Of a DNA stretch of 64,000 nt, positions 11,612-21,077 are shown one piece after another (the first letter of the stretch is position 1; each line of letters starts with the position of its first letter). Source of the stretch: Neptunicella sp. GTDB taxonomy: Bacteria > Pseudomonadota > Gammaproteobacteria > Enterobacterales > Alteromonadaceae. Made by a program: the position numbers and the translations under genes. Location: assembly GCF_048268085.1 (NCBI RefSeq), contig NZ_JBLWWF010000012.1:19909-83908 (forward strand), given 5' to 3'. Under the pieces are notes generated by a model. That model made no database searches, was not told the DNA's origin, and saw only the letters and a list, made by a program, of their open reading frames with translations.

Positions 11612-11914
11612 ATGCTAAAAAAAATAAAAATGCCTATTGTCATTGCCGCTTTAATGCTGGTTGTGTCGGTAAGCTTTTCTAGCATATCTGCCCATAAACA
11701 ATTAGCATCATGCCTATGCACTGACAACGTGCAATTTAATAACCGACTGCCACAAAGTCACCCGGCTAATCGCTGCGCAACTCAGCAATCTACCGTTAGC
11801 TGGTCCTCATGGTTATTTGGTAGTGGCAATTCAAGACAGTTTCACTATCTCGATTTATTAGAATTATTGTCCCGCAGCTCCGATATTGTTGAACAAACAC
11901 CACATCAATCGTGA
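11612..11914 (+). CDS. hypothetical exported or membrane-anchored small protein
   Basis: N-terminal hydrophobic signal/anchor (PIVIAALMLVVSVSFSSISA) and three Cys. No family I recognise. Its stop overlaps the start of the next ORF (GTGA). Confidence 0.45.
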   Translation: MLKKIKMPIVIAALMLVVSVSFSSISAHKQLASCLCTDNVQFNNRLPQSHPANRCATQQSTVSWSSWLFGSGNSRQFHYLDLLELLSRSSDIVEQTPHQS

Positions 11915-12093
11915 AAAAATGGTGGCGAGTTATAAAAAGTGTTGCCGCTAGCGCTGTTGGTGTACAAAGCGAAGCAAACCGTCGATATGATTTCGAACAA
12001 AAATCAATAGTGCCTTATATTGTCGTCGGCGTGATTTTTGTGATGTTATTTATTGCCTCTATTATTACTATTATCAAACTTTCTCTCACTTAA
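11911..12093 (+). CDS. DUF2970-like small membrane protein
   Basis: VIKSVAASAVGVQSEANRRYDFE followed by one TM segment matches the DUF2970 pattern as I remember it. GTG start overlaps the upstream stop. Confidence 0.55.
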   Translation: MKKWWRVIKSVAASAVGVQSEANRRYDFEQKSIVPYIVVGVIFVMLFIASIITIIKLSLT

Positions 12094-12122
12094 TTTATGC
12101 CCCTTGGTTAGGCAATAAACGG

Positions 12123-12953
12123 TCATTCAGCCTGATACATTGCCAGCAATTCACCTACTTTTTTTCTGGTTTTTCCATTTTGACTGATAGTTCTGTTAAC
12201 CAATAAAGGCGTCAGAGAGGCATGCTGATATAGCTGACGAGTCATTTCGGTATCATGATTACTTAACAATACATGGATACCTTTACGTTGTGCGGTCTGT
12301 TGACATAACTGCGCTAGTTTTTTTTGATCATCTAACCCAAAACCGTTACCGGCATAACCGGTGAAGTTTGCAACACCATTAGGGCTAATGGGTGCATAGG
12401 GGGGATCGCAGTAGATTACTGAACCTTTCCGTGCCCGACCAAACACTTTGGTATAAGACTCACAAATAAACGTGGCATGCTGTGCCTTATTGGCAAAAAA
12501 ATACATTTCGCGCTCAGGAAAGTAAGGCTTTTTATAACGACCAAAAGGCACATTAAATCCGCCAGAAAGGTTGTAACGACATAAGCCGTTATAGCCATGG
12601 CGATTTAAATATAAGAACAATAGTGAGCGATGATAACTGTCTGTACTGAGATTAAATTCTGCGCGTAACGCATAGTAAGCGTCAGCCTGATTATTCGATG
12701 GTACAAAATATTTCTGTGCATCACCAATCAATTGGTCGGGCTGATGTTTGAGATGGTTATAAAGATTAATCAGATCGGGATTAATGTCATTCAACAAATA
12801 TTGGTCATAATCTGTATTCAGAAAAACCGAGCCGGCTCCAACAAAGGGTTCAATCAATTTTCGACCTTTGGGTAATAGCTGCCGAATGGCGCCCATCAAT
12901 GTGTATTTACCGCCTGCCCACTTTAAAAATGCACGGCTACTATTATTCTTCAT
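12123..12953 (-). CDS. dam: DNA adenine methyltransferase (GATC, orphan housekeeping type)
   Basis: FLKWAGGKY, EPFVGAGSVFLN and the DPPY motif (YCDPPYAP). Located in the classic rpe-dam-damX-aroB-aroK arrangement. Confidence 0.93.
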   Translation of the reverse strand: MKNNSSRAFLKWAGGKYTLMGAIRQLLPKGRKLIEPFVGAGSVFLNTDYDQYLLNDINPDLINLYNHLKHQPDQLIGDAQKYFVPSNNQADAYYALRAEFNLSTDSYHRSLLFLYLNRHGYNGLCRYNLSGGFNVPFGRYKKPYFPEREMYFFANKAQHATFICESYTKVFGRARKGSVIYCDPPYAPISPNGVANFTGYAGNGFGLDDQKKLAQLCQQTAQRKGIHVLLSNHDTEMTRQLYQHASLTPLLVNRTISQNGKTRKKVGELLAMYQAE

Positions 12954-13022
12954 TGTTAAACTACTGACTGACCCCGATTTAAGTTTGCGATTGTACCCGA
13001 AACAAATGGGTCTGTTGATCTT

Positions 13023-14552
13023 TTAGTTGGCGCTAATTTCTTGATGAACTTGCTGTGCCGATTTGGCAAAAGGTTCTTCTTTTCGCACGGATTCGGGCAA
13101 CTGCTCTGCGGCCAGCCGCGCTTGTTCAATAGTGTGGAAAAATTGATTCAACACGACCACGTACCATGTCCCACCGTAACGCTGAGTCTGATAAATCCAA
13201 ACCTTGCCCTCAAATTGATTATCCCGAATATATTCATCGAGGACTGAACGGCTACTCATACCTGATAATTGCAGATAAAAGCCATCGTCACTATGACTTA
13301 ACAAAAGTGCTTCATTAAAAGAATAGGTTGATGTTTGCTCTTCAGTGATGACGTCACGTTGAGGAAGCTGTTCCACACTAACGATATCTTCTACCGGATA
13401 ATCAATGGCCCCTTTTTCTTCACTCTGGGCCATTTCATCGGACTCTGTAAGTTCCGTGTTATCCGACACCCCCTCAACCAGCAGCTCATTATCTGGATTA
13501 TCTGCGTTATCTGCGTTATCTGCGTTATCTGCGTTATCTGCGTTATCTGCGTTATCTGCGTTATCTGCGTTATCTGCGTTATCTGCCAGAATTTTATCCC
13601 GATTTGATTCCAGTTTCGCAACCGCATTGGGCCAATCAGTCACTAAAAGTTGCTCACTATCTTCGGCGTCAGGTACGCTATCAGAGGGTAAAGTATTCTC
13701 ATCACTATTTGACGTTGCTGGAGGTTGGCTTTGCTCGATCTGTTCAGTTAACGACGGTTGAATGGCAACTGGTTGGGGAGCCGGTTCGAAAAACATCGAG
13801 TAGACGTCATTTATCAATACTTCGGTCTGTTTCCCATATTGCCATTCCATTAATCCCACAAAACAGCCTAAAAACACCATCGTAATTAACATTTTCGCCC
13901 ACCAAAAACTTAAAATTGGGCGCTTGTAAATGACTTTATTGCGCTGCTGGATGCGCATTTCAAATTGCTGTCGCTTCTCGCGGATCAAGGCTTCCAGCTC
14001 CGACTCGGTATGCAGAATTTGTTGCCGATTTGCCGGTAATGAATGATGACTAAGCAGTACCGGCTGATCACTATGATTGGTAGGCAACCACGACTTGGCC
14101 TGCTCTGCCCACTCATGCTCGGCAAACAATAGAATATTCATATGATGACGTTGGCGGGCAAAACGATTTTGCAGCACCAAATCCCATAATTCGAGTAAAA
14201 CCGGTTTAGGAAGGCAATCGGCCTGAGTCACCGCGATTAAGATAAATTGTTCTTGATTACCCAAGGCACGAGGCAAAATTTCGGTAAGAGGGCGTGAGTA
14301 GTCAATACGTAACTTACCCACTAACTGCTCAACAATGCGCTGCCGGTATTGAGCAATGGTTAACTTATTCGCAGCCCCTAGATAACCAATATTAGCAATA
14401 TCACTTTTCTTAGCCAGATAAGATTCAACAAAATCACGCTCAATACTAACCCCTTGGCCACTCACAAAAATCAATTGCGACGAATAGGTCACTAAATGAT
14501 CCAGTCGGTTGTGTAGGTCGGTATAACCATTTAGGTCAATATGATCTTGCAT
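13023..14552 (-). CDS. damX: DamX-like SPOR-domain cell-division protein
   Basis: Positioned between aroB and dam. One TM segment (ILSFWWAKMLITMVFLGCFVGL), an acidic low-complexity linker containing the ADN repeat, and a C-terminal SPOR-like segment (GFYLQLSGMSS...WYVVVLNQFFHTIEQARLA). Confidence 0.8.
   Translation of the reverse strand: MQDHIDLNGYTDLHNRLDHLVTYSSQLIFVSGQGVSIERDFVESYLAKKSDIANIGYLGAANKLTIAQYRQRIVEQLVGKLRIDYSRPLTEILPRALGNQEQFILIAVTQADCLPKPVLLELWDLVLQNRFARQRHHMNILLFAEHEWAEQAKSWLPTNHSDQPVLLSHHSLPANRQQILHTESELEALIREKRQQFEMRIQQRNKVIYKRPILSFWWAKMLITMVFLGCFVGLMEWQYGKQTEVLINDVYSMFFEPAPQPVAIQPSLTEQIEQSQPPATSNSDENTLPSDSVPDAEDSEQLLVTDWPNAVAKLESNRDKILADNADNADNADNADNADNADNADNADNADNPDNELLVEGVSDNTELTESDEMAQSEEKGAIDYPVEDIVSVEQLPQRDVITEEQTSTYSFNEALLLSHSDDGFYLQLSGMSSRSVLDEYIRDNQFEGKVWIYQTQRYGGTWYVVVLNQFFHTIEQARLAAEQLPESVRKEEPFAKSAQQVHQEISAN
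13489..13587. repeat. 9-bp tandem repeat (ttatctgcg), 9 perfect copies plus one degenerate copy at each end, in-frame inside damX
   Basis: Perfect copies span 13498-13578. The variants are ttatctgga (13489-13497) and ttatctgcc (13579-13587). On the coding strand the repeat reads GCAGATAAC = Ala-Asp-Asn. Confidence 0.95.
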
Positions 14553-14601
14553 GTTAAAGCCCGTATCCAGCCTGTTTAAAGTACTTCACCACTAATAGTG
14601 A

Positions 14602-15666
14602 TCAGTTTAGGATAGCTTTCAATGTCTCTTCTGTCAGTTCGGTGACGACCGCTTTACCAATCCCTTGGGGAATGATAAAGCGTATTTTTCCTGCTTTAAC
14701 TTTTTTATCGCGCTGCATATGCGCCATAAATGCGGAAAAATTCATTGCTGCTGGCGCAAGTAAAGGCAAATCAAATTGCTGCAATAGCTGTTGTATGCGC
14801 CAAACTTCTGACTCTGATAACCATCCTGTGTGTTTTGCAGCCAATGCAGCAAGATTCATACCAGTAGCGACCGCCTCGCCATGCAACCAATTCCCATAAC
14901 CTTGTTCCGCCTCGATAGCATGCCCAAAGGTATGTCCCAGATTAAGTAAAGCACGGAGTCCTTGCTCAGTTTCGTCCAATGCCACCACTTCGGCTTTAAT
15001 TTCACAGCTACGCTGAATGGCATGTGCCAGCGCATCAACGTCTTTGTGCTTAAGTCGCTGAGCGTTCTGTTCCAGCCACTGGAAAAACTCAGCGTCATAA
15101 ATAATTCCGTATTTAATCACCTCAGCCATTCCTGCAGCAAATTCACGATCGGGCAAGGTTTTCAGCGTAGAAATATCAATGAGCACCGCTTGTGGCTGAT
15201 AAAATGCGCCGATCATATTTTTACCTAACGGATGATTAACCGCCGTCTTGCCCCCTACGGAGGAGTCGACTTGTGCCAACAGTGTGGTCGGTATTTGAAT
15301 AAAAGGGATGCCACGCTGATAACATGCGGCTGCAAAACCGGTAATATCACCAATCACGCCGCCTCCTAAAGCGATAAGGGTCGTATCACGAGCTGCGCCA
15401 ATGGTGAGTAACTGACTCATAATTTGCTCAAAACTACTTAAGGTTTTGTATTGCTCACCATCAGGTAACACAATCCAGTGACAATCGAGATTAGCCAACA
15501 ATCCTTCAATGAGATCACCATACAATGGTTGAATGGTTTGATTAGTCACTACGACGACTTTACTGGTGGTTAAGTGTTGAGTCAGCGTATTAGGGTGTTG
15601 AAGCAAGTCGGAGTCGATATGGATAGGGTAGCTACGCTCACCCAAATCTACCGTTAAAATAGTCAT
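14602..15666 (-). CDS. aroB: 3-dehydroquinate synthase
   Basis: [45 protein letters not shown] and [12 protein letters not shown] are canonical AroB motifs. Confidence 0.95.
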   Translation of the reverse strand: MTILTVDLGERSYPIHIDSDLLQHPNTLTQHLTTSKVVVVTNQTIQPLYGDLIEGLLANLDCHWIVLPDGEQYKTLSSFEQIMSQLLTIGAARDTTLIALGGGVIGDITGFAAACYQRGIPFIQIPTTLLAQVDSSVGGKTAVNHPLGKNMIGAFYQPQAVLIDISTLKTLPDREFAAGMAEVIKYGIIYDAEFFQWLEQNAQRLKHKDVDALAHAIQRSCEIKAEVVALDETEQGLRALLNLGHTFGHAIEAEQGYGNWLHGEAVATGMNLAALAAKHTGWLSESEVWRIQQLLQQFDLPLLAPAAMNFSAFMAHMQRDKKVKAGKIRFIIPQGIGKAVVTELTEETLKAILN

Positions 15667-15695
15667 GAGCGAAGCACCTCTATCGGGAGAATAGT

Positions 15696-16211
15696 TTACT
15701 GATTAATTTTTTCTATAATTTGATTAGCAACCGCACGGGCACTTTGATCATCGGTTTGTACCACATAATCTGCCACTTCTTCATATAGTGGGTTACGCTG
15801 TTCCGCTAAATCAATTAATACCTGTTCGGGATCGTCCGTTTGCAACAAGGGGCGTCTTTTATCACGCTGGGTGCGGGCAACTTGTTTCTCGATGGTGGTT
15901 TGTAAATAAACTACAATACCTCGAGCAGACAAACGGTTACGAATGCCTTTACTGATGATAGAACCACCACCGGTAGCTAATACGATACCTTGTTTGTCAG
16001 TGAGATCGGTGATGACACCTTCTTCTCTGATACGGAATCCTTCTTCACCTTCCAAATCAAAAACCCAAGCAATATCGGCACCAGTGCGGCGTTCGATTTC
16101 CTGATCAGAGTCATAAAATTCAAGATGAAGTTCGTCTGCGAGATGTCTGCCAATCGTGCTTTTACCTGCACCCATTGGTCCGACTAGAAAGATATTACGT
16201 TTTTCGGCCAT
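15696..16211 (-). CDS. aroK: shikimate kinase I
   Basis: [17 protein letters not shown] (P-loop), DSDQEIE and ATGGG. Directly upstream of aroB. Confidence 0.95.
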   Translation of the reverse strand: MAEKRNIFLVGPMGAGKSTIGRHLADELHLEFYDSDQEIERRTGADIAWVFDLEGEEGFRIREEGVITDLTDKQGIVLATGGGSIISKGIRNRLSARGIVVYLQTTIEKQVARTQRDKRRPLLQTDDPEQVLIDLAEQRNPLYEEVADYVVQTDDQSARAVANQIIEKINQ

Positions 16212-16348
16212 ATTCGTTTATGTACACAACTCTTAATTAATTAGTGATAGTCCAAACCCAAGTCGTTTTCAGGGGCGGGATTATCTCAGCTAAAACAGGA
16301 TTTATGCAAGCATTGATGACTTTAGAGAGGAGCAAAGCACGAAATAGC

Positions 16349-16381
16349 CTGGATATTGATGAAATTTCCATCAATATCCAG
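16349..16381 (-). terminator. strong hairpin after pilQ (probable terminator of the pil operon)
   Basis: Perfect 13-bp stem ctggatattgatg (16349-16361) / catcaatatccag (16369-16381) with a 7-nt loop. On the minus strand it is followed by a moderately T-rich GCTATTTCGTGCTTTG. Confidence 0.5.
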
Positions 16382-16396
16382 ACAGGTAATTGAATA

Positions 16397-18166
16397 TTAC
16401 AGCGAGTCAGTGATTATTTTTGGGGTAACAAATATCAGTAATTCACGTTTTTCGTTGATATTTTGGTTTTTCTTAAATAAATGCCCCAGTAACGGAATAT
16501 CACCTAATACTGGTACTTTAGTGGTGGTATTTGTGGCATTACGCTGGAAAATACCACCCAATACAATGGTTTCACCATTTTCGACCAATACTTGGGTACT
16601 GATTTCCTGAGTATCAATTGCCACTGCCGGTCCTGTCGACGTTTCTACTGTGTCACCGCGCGTATCCTGAGTGATAACTAAATCCAGAATAATCCGATTA
16701 TCCGGTGTAATATGCGGCGTCACTTTTAAACTTAATACCGCTTTTTTAAACTCAACGGATGTAGCACCACTTGATGTCGCTTGCACGTAAGGTATTTCGG
16801 TACCTTGTTCAATATAAGCATCATGCTGATTGGCCACGGTCAGTCGTGGACTGGCAATAATTTCGCCCTTATTTTCTTGCTCCATGGCGGACAACTCTAA
16901 ATCCAGAATTGTACCGTCAGCTAAGCGAGCAATATTAATTCCAAACCGTCCGGCCGCTCCTGTGACTGGTAAATTAACGTTCAATCTATCAGTCAGCGAC
17001 GGAATGGTGCCTCCGCCAATAGTCTGCGCTCCTTCCAATGAACCGGAATAGCCATCTGAACCTTGCTGATCGCTAACCCCCCAACGCACACCTAGTTCAT
17101 CAGTCACATTGTCCCGTACCGTTACCATACGAGACTCGATTAACACTTGTTTAACCGGAATATCCAAGGCATTGATCATGGTTCGGGCTTGTTCGATAGA
17201 ATCGGCGGTATCTTTAATAAGCACAATATTAGTCCGCTCATCCACTGACACCGTCCCACGAGAACTCAATATACCACCTTCGGTAGACTTAAGAATGGTG
17301 GCAATATCAGCCGCTTTAGCATAATTAATTTGGACATTGGCAGAAATCAATGGTGCCAGTTCGGCCACCTGCTGTTTGGATTGCAATTGCTGAGCTTCAC
17401 GAGCTGCCAGTTCTTCTGCCGGGGCAATTAATAAGATGTTACCTTGCAGACGTTTATCCAAACCTTTAATTTTCAGAATCATGCCTAACGCCTGATCCCA
17501 GGGTACATCGGTTAAACTAATTGTTACGTTACCCGTAACCGAATCGGTGGTTACCAAGTTAAAGCCATTTACCTGAGCAATAATCTGTAATACCTGGCGT
17601 ACCGGCACATCCTGAAAATCCAACGAAATAGGCGCACCTTCGTACTCAGACTGGACATTACCATTACTATCCGCCACAACCTCAGCCACAGGCTCAATTT
17701 CGATCATCAGACTGTTGTCAGTCACCTGCTGTAAAAAAGCGTAATTACCTTCAATATCAAACTCTACTCGAGCACCGGTTTCATCCTGAAAGGTTTCCAA
17801 TTGCGACACATTGGTACCAAAATCCAGTACATCCAAGGTATACAGGTGCTCCTTAGCCACTTCAACACCCGGTAAACTCACTTTCAATTTACCATCCTGT
17901 TTAGCGACGTGAGCGCCAGATTCGGGCTTGTCAAAGGTAAACACCGCGCTTGCTCCACCACTTTCAGTGCGGTGAAAACTAACATCGATTAATTTATTCT
18001 CTAAAACGGATGCCGCCACCTCTGCCGGATCAACCAATTTAACATCGCCTGACTCGTCCTGAGCCATCGCTTGATAGGCTATTAAAGACAAAACCAATAA
18101 AGACATCCAAGTCCAAACTCGGTTAGATCTGTTTAATTTTTTATTAAAAATGTACCGCTCAGACAT
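16397..18166 (-). CDS. pilQ: type IV pilus secretin
   Basis: C-terminal secretin domain (VLIESRMV...VPVLGDIPLLGHLFK......ELLIFVTPKI), N-terminal AMIN-like repeats, and last position in pilMNOPQ. Confidence 0.93.
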   Translation of the reverse strand: MSERYIFNKKLNRSNRVWTWMSLLVLSLIAYQAMAQDESGDVKLVDPAEVAASVLENKLIDVSFHRTESGGASAVFTFDKPESGAHVAKQDGKLKVSLPGVEVAKEHLYTLDVLDFGTNVSQLETFQDETGARVEFDIEGNYAFLQQVTDNSLMIEIEPVAEVVADSNGNVQSEYEGAPISLDFQDVPVRQVLQIIAQVNGFNLVTTDSVTGNVTISLTDVPWDQALGMILKIKGLDKRLQGNILLIAPAEELAAREAQQLQSKQQVAELAPLISANVQINYAKAADIATILKSTEGGILSSRGTVSVDERTNIVLIKDTADSIEQARTMINALDIPVKQVLIESRMVTVRDNVTDELGVRWGVSDQQGSDGYSGSLEGAQTIGGGTIPSLTDRLNVNLPVTGAAGRFGINIARLADGTILDLELSAMEQENKGEIIASPRLTVANQHDAYIEQGTEIPYVQATSSGATSVEFKKAVLSLKVTPHITPDNRIILDLVITQDTRGDTVETSTGPAVAIDTQEISTQVLVENGETIVLGGIFQRNATNTTTKVPVLGDIPLLGHLFKKNQNINEKRELLIFVTPKIITDSL

Positions 18167-18695
18167 TATTTTTCTCTCCTGCCGTTGAAGACCGGGTCAG
18201 TTTGGCTTCTTTAGTTTGCCAACAACCAGTGCCATCTGGCAGCATTTCAGTGATGAAAACTGCACCATGTGTTATTGATGTAACGCGCCCAAAGAACAAG
18301 CCAAGATGATCCCCGACTTTAACTTTATGCAGACTGCCGTTATTGGTTTGTATCAACGCCCATTTATCGCCTTTGGCGGTGAATGACCCACGAATTTCCA
18401 GGGCATCAATACCAAAACGTTCCAGAGGTTGTTTTTTACGTTTGAAGTCCGGCTGCAAACAATTTTTTTGCATTGTTTCCGGCACTTCGGTCACTTCCGA
18501 GCTTAAACGCTGAAACGGACTACGTTTATCTTGCGCCTGATATTCAAAAACCGGCATACGTTTAAATTCAGGATAAGGCTCAACTGTAACTGATGTATTT
18601 GCTTTAATTTCATCAACATGCAATTGCAAATCGGAAATATCAGGCTGACAAGCAGCTAACAGCGACGCACTGCAGACGAGTAACCACTTTTTCAT
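18159..18695 (-). CDS. pilP: type IV pilus assembly lipoprotein PilP
   Basis: Lipobox LLAAC. Positioned between pilO and pilQ, with an 8-nt overlap with pilQ. Confidence 0.85.
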   Translation of the reverse strand: MKKWLLVCSASLLAACQPDISDLQLHVDEIKANTSVTVEPYPEFKRMPVFEYQAQDKRSPFQRLSSEVTEVPETMQKNCLQPDFKRKKQPLERFGIDALEIRGSFTAKGDKWALIQTNNGSLHKVKVGDHLGLFFGRVTSITHGAVFITEMLPDGTGCWQTKEAKLTRSSTAGEKNNV

Positions 18696-19294
18696 TTCGC
18701 GGCTCCTCCTGTGGTTGCGGTTCGATATGTCTTGGCTTGAAGGGTTAATTTCAAAACATCGCCATCTTGCTTAATCGAAAAATCATGTACCGTTACAATA
18801 CGAGGCAATGCCGCGACATTGGAAACGAATCGTCCAAATTCGTGATAGGTACCTTCCACTTCCATCTGAATGGGCAATTCGGTGTAAAATTCTTTAGGAA
18901 TTTCCGGCTGCCAATTAAGCAACTTAAATTTTAACCCCGCAGAGGTACCAACATAAGTAATATCATCCAACAATCCTGGCGTTTCATCACTGGTAGGCAG
19001 GGATTTAAGCATCGAGGAAAAGTCTTGCTGCAATTGTGTCAATTGTTCCTGATAGGCTTGTAAATTGGCTGCAATACGATATTTAGCTTCGTAATTACGT
19101 TGCAATTCAATCTCGTTGGCTTGCTCCTTTTCCCATACTGGTAATTTATCGTCAATCAACAAGTAATAAGACAACACACCAATTAGGATAGCTTCAACCA
19201 GAGCTACGACAAATTTTACTTCAAAAGGCCAACTCGCAATCTGTTCAAAATCAAGATCGTTCATTTCCTTTAGTTTAGCGAAATCAAATTTCAT
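18692..19294 (-). CDS. pilO: type IV pilus assembly protein PilO
   Basis: One N-terminal TM segment, a coiled coil and a C-terminal alpha/beta domain. 4-nt overlaps with its neighbours, in the expected operon position. Confidence 0.85.
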   Translation of the reverse strand: MKFDFAKLKEMNDLDFEQIASWPFEVKFVVALVEAILIGVLSYYLLIDDKLPVWEKEQANEIELQRNYEAKYRIAANLQAYQEQLTQLQQDFSSMLKSLPTSDETPGLLDDITYVGTSAGLKFKLLNWQPEIPKEFYTELPIQMEVEGTYHEFGRFVSNVAALPRIVTVHDFSIKQDGDVLKLTLQAKTYRTATTGGAAK

Positions 19295-19872
19295 TTTTTG
19301 CCCTCCTCCGCAACGACTATTTCAGGAGAAACGCTGTGACTGATGTAAAAAGTCAGTTTGAAGTCGCTGACAGCACCACTATTACTGGTATTTGACACAA
19401 TAGAAGATAAATCTTCACGATCAAAAACCGTTGAGTTTTGCAACTGACGCATGAATTCAGCCAGTCGGTTATTTGACTCACTTTGTCCTTCCAGCTCAAT
19501 TTTATTTTTAGTCCGCACAAAACTTTTGAATGACACACCGGCCGGAACCAAATTGGCCAACTCATTAAGAATATGCGGTGCCACATTACGGCTGGCTTGT
19601 AATTGTTCAATGAGTGCCATTTGCTGTTCGATGGCATTTTTACGGGCTTTAATATCTTTTATTTCTGCTATCTGTTTATCCAGTCCATTGATCTCATTTT
19701 GCAGATAGTTATTTCTAAAGCGTTGATTATCAATCAGGCTATCCACTCCAACGCCGACAAACCAAAACAATCCAACTACCACAATAGCCACCAGACCTAA
19801 TATGCCTAAATAGTCTTTTTTCTGTTTCTGGCGCAATCCTTCACGCCATGGTAATAAGTTTATATGTGCCAT
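19291..19872 (-). CDS. pilN: type IV pilus assembly protein PilN
   Basis: The canonical N-terminus INLLPWRE followed by a TM segment. In the expected operon position. Confidence 0.87.
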   Translation of the reverse strand: MAHINLLPWREGLRQKQKKDYLGILGLVAIVVVGLFWFVGVGVDSLIDNQRFRNNYLQNEINGLDKQIAEIKDIKARKNAIEQQMALIEQLQASRNVAPHILNELANLVPAGVSFKSFVRTKNKIELEGQSESNNRLAEFMRQLQNSTVFDREDLSSIVSNTSNSGAVSDFKLTFYISHSVSPEIVVAEEGKK

Positions 19873-20942
19873 GGTGCAAATCCTCTGCTGGCCAAACCGG
19901 CAGCTAATGCCAATTGAGGGGCAAATTTTTCAACTCCCTGCTTAGTGGCTTTTTCACTCACCGTCATTTGAGCGAAGGGATTGAAAACATCAACTTGCAT
20001 GGCTAATTCTGCACTCAATTCTTCAGCCACACCTGCAAGTGCGGCCCCACCTCCACTAATTAAAATCCGTTTAGGCTGTTCATGACGGGTGGTAGACACA
20101 TACATTTGAATCGCACGACCAATTTGCTGACTCAAATTACTGATAAAAGGCGGCAATACGTCCTGGCGCCAAGTAGATGGTAATTCCTCGTTTAACAATT
20201 GTTGCTCTGCCTCTTGCTTGTCCAGTGCGTGAATGATGGCAATGTCCTGCAGTAACGCGTCCACCCCAAAATTATGCTCTTTGGTATAAGCAACCCGCTC
20301 GTCATCAAAGACACTGATTAGTAACTGGCTAAAACCGATATTAATACAGCATAAAGGAGCCGCCTGACCGTCTTCATCCACCTCAAATGCGCCAAATTCT
20401 TTTATGGCATTACCTAAAGCGTATCCTTCAACATCAACTACTTTTGGCTCAAACTCGACTTCTCTTAACAGGGTTACTCTTGAATCAACCATATCGCGGT
20501 GTGCTGCACTAAGCAGCACATCGACCTTTTCAGAATGAGCGGCACTTGGACCGAGCTCTTCAAAGTCAACGTAAACTTCATCAAGGGGATAAGGGATTAA
20601 ACTATCGGCTTCAATTTCTATCTGGCTTTCCAATTCAATATCGCTTTGGTCAGGATCCATAAACACCACTTTGGAAATAACAGTAGAACCGGATACCGCC
20701 ACTGCTACATCTTTTGATTTTATTTTAAGCGCCAGTTTTACTTTACGAATGGCATTACTTACCGCATCAAAATCTTTTATATCCCGATCGACAAATGCAT
20801 TACCAACAATCGCCTCACAAGCAAAATCCTGTACACTACAATGCTCTCCATCCTTGCCTAACAGCACGGCTTTAACATAACGCGTACCAATATCCAGACC
20901 TAAAATCTGTGGTACTTTCTTACTAAAAAGATCTTTTAACAC
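19860..20942 (-). CDS. pilM: type IV pilus assembly ATPase-like protein PilM
   Basis: Actin-like fold motifs (LGLDIGTRYVKAV, ILISGGGA). First gene of pilMNOPQ, with a GTG start. Confidence 0.9.
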   Translation of the reverse strand: MLKDLFSKKVPQILGLDIGTRYVKAVLLGKDGEHCSVQDFACEAIVGNAFVDRDIKDFDAVSNAIRKVKLALKIKSKDVAVAVSGSTVISKVVFMDPDQSDIELESQIEIEADSLIPYPLDEVYVDFEELGPSAAHSEKVDVLLSAAHRDMVDSRVTLLREVEFEPKVVDVEGYALGNAIKEFGAFEVDEDGQAAPLCCINIGFSQLLISVFDDERVAYTKEHNFGVDALLQDIAIIHALDKQEAEQQLLNEELPSTWRQDVLPPFISNLSQQIGRAIQMYVSTTRHEQPKRILISGGGAALAGVAEELSAELAMQVDVFNPFAQMTVSEKATKQGVEKFAPQLALAAGLASRGFAPWHI

Positions 20943-21077
20943 TATGATGTCCCACGGCCGATTAGCTTAACTTATTACCATTATTAACTATTTTTCCTTT
21001 AAAAAGGGTTCTAATAAAGGTACATAGGTATAAAATATAAATCATTTCAACAAATTTGCGCTGTTATCATCTATTTT

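Noticed and set aside
12123-12953. The Dam methyltransferase could be part of a restriction-modification or defence system.
   Set aside because: It lies in the canonical housekeeping arrangement rpe-dam-damX-aroB-aroK, with no adjacent endonuclease-like ORF.
13489-13587. The regularly spaced short repeats could be mistaken for a CRISPR array.
   Set aside because: The units are 9 bp, directly abutting with no spacers. They lie in-frame within the damX ORF and encode ADN tripeptides. No cas genes are present.
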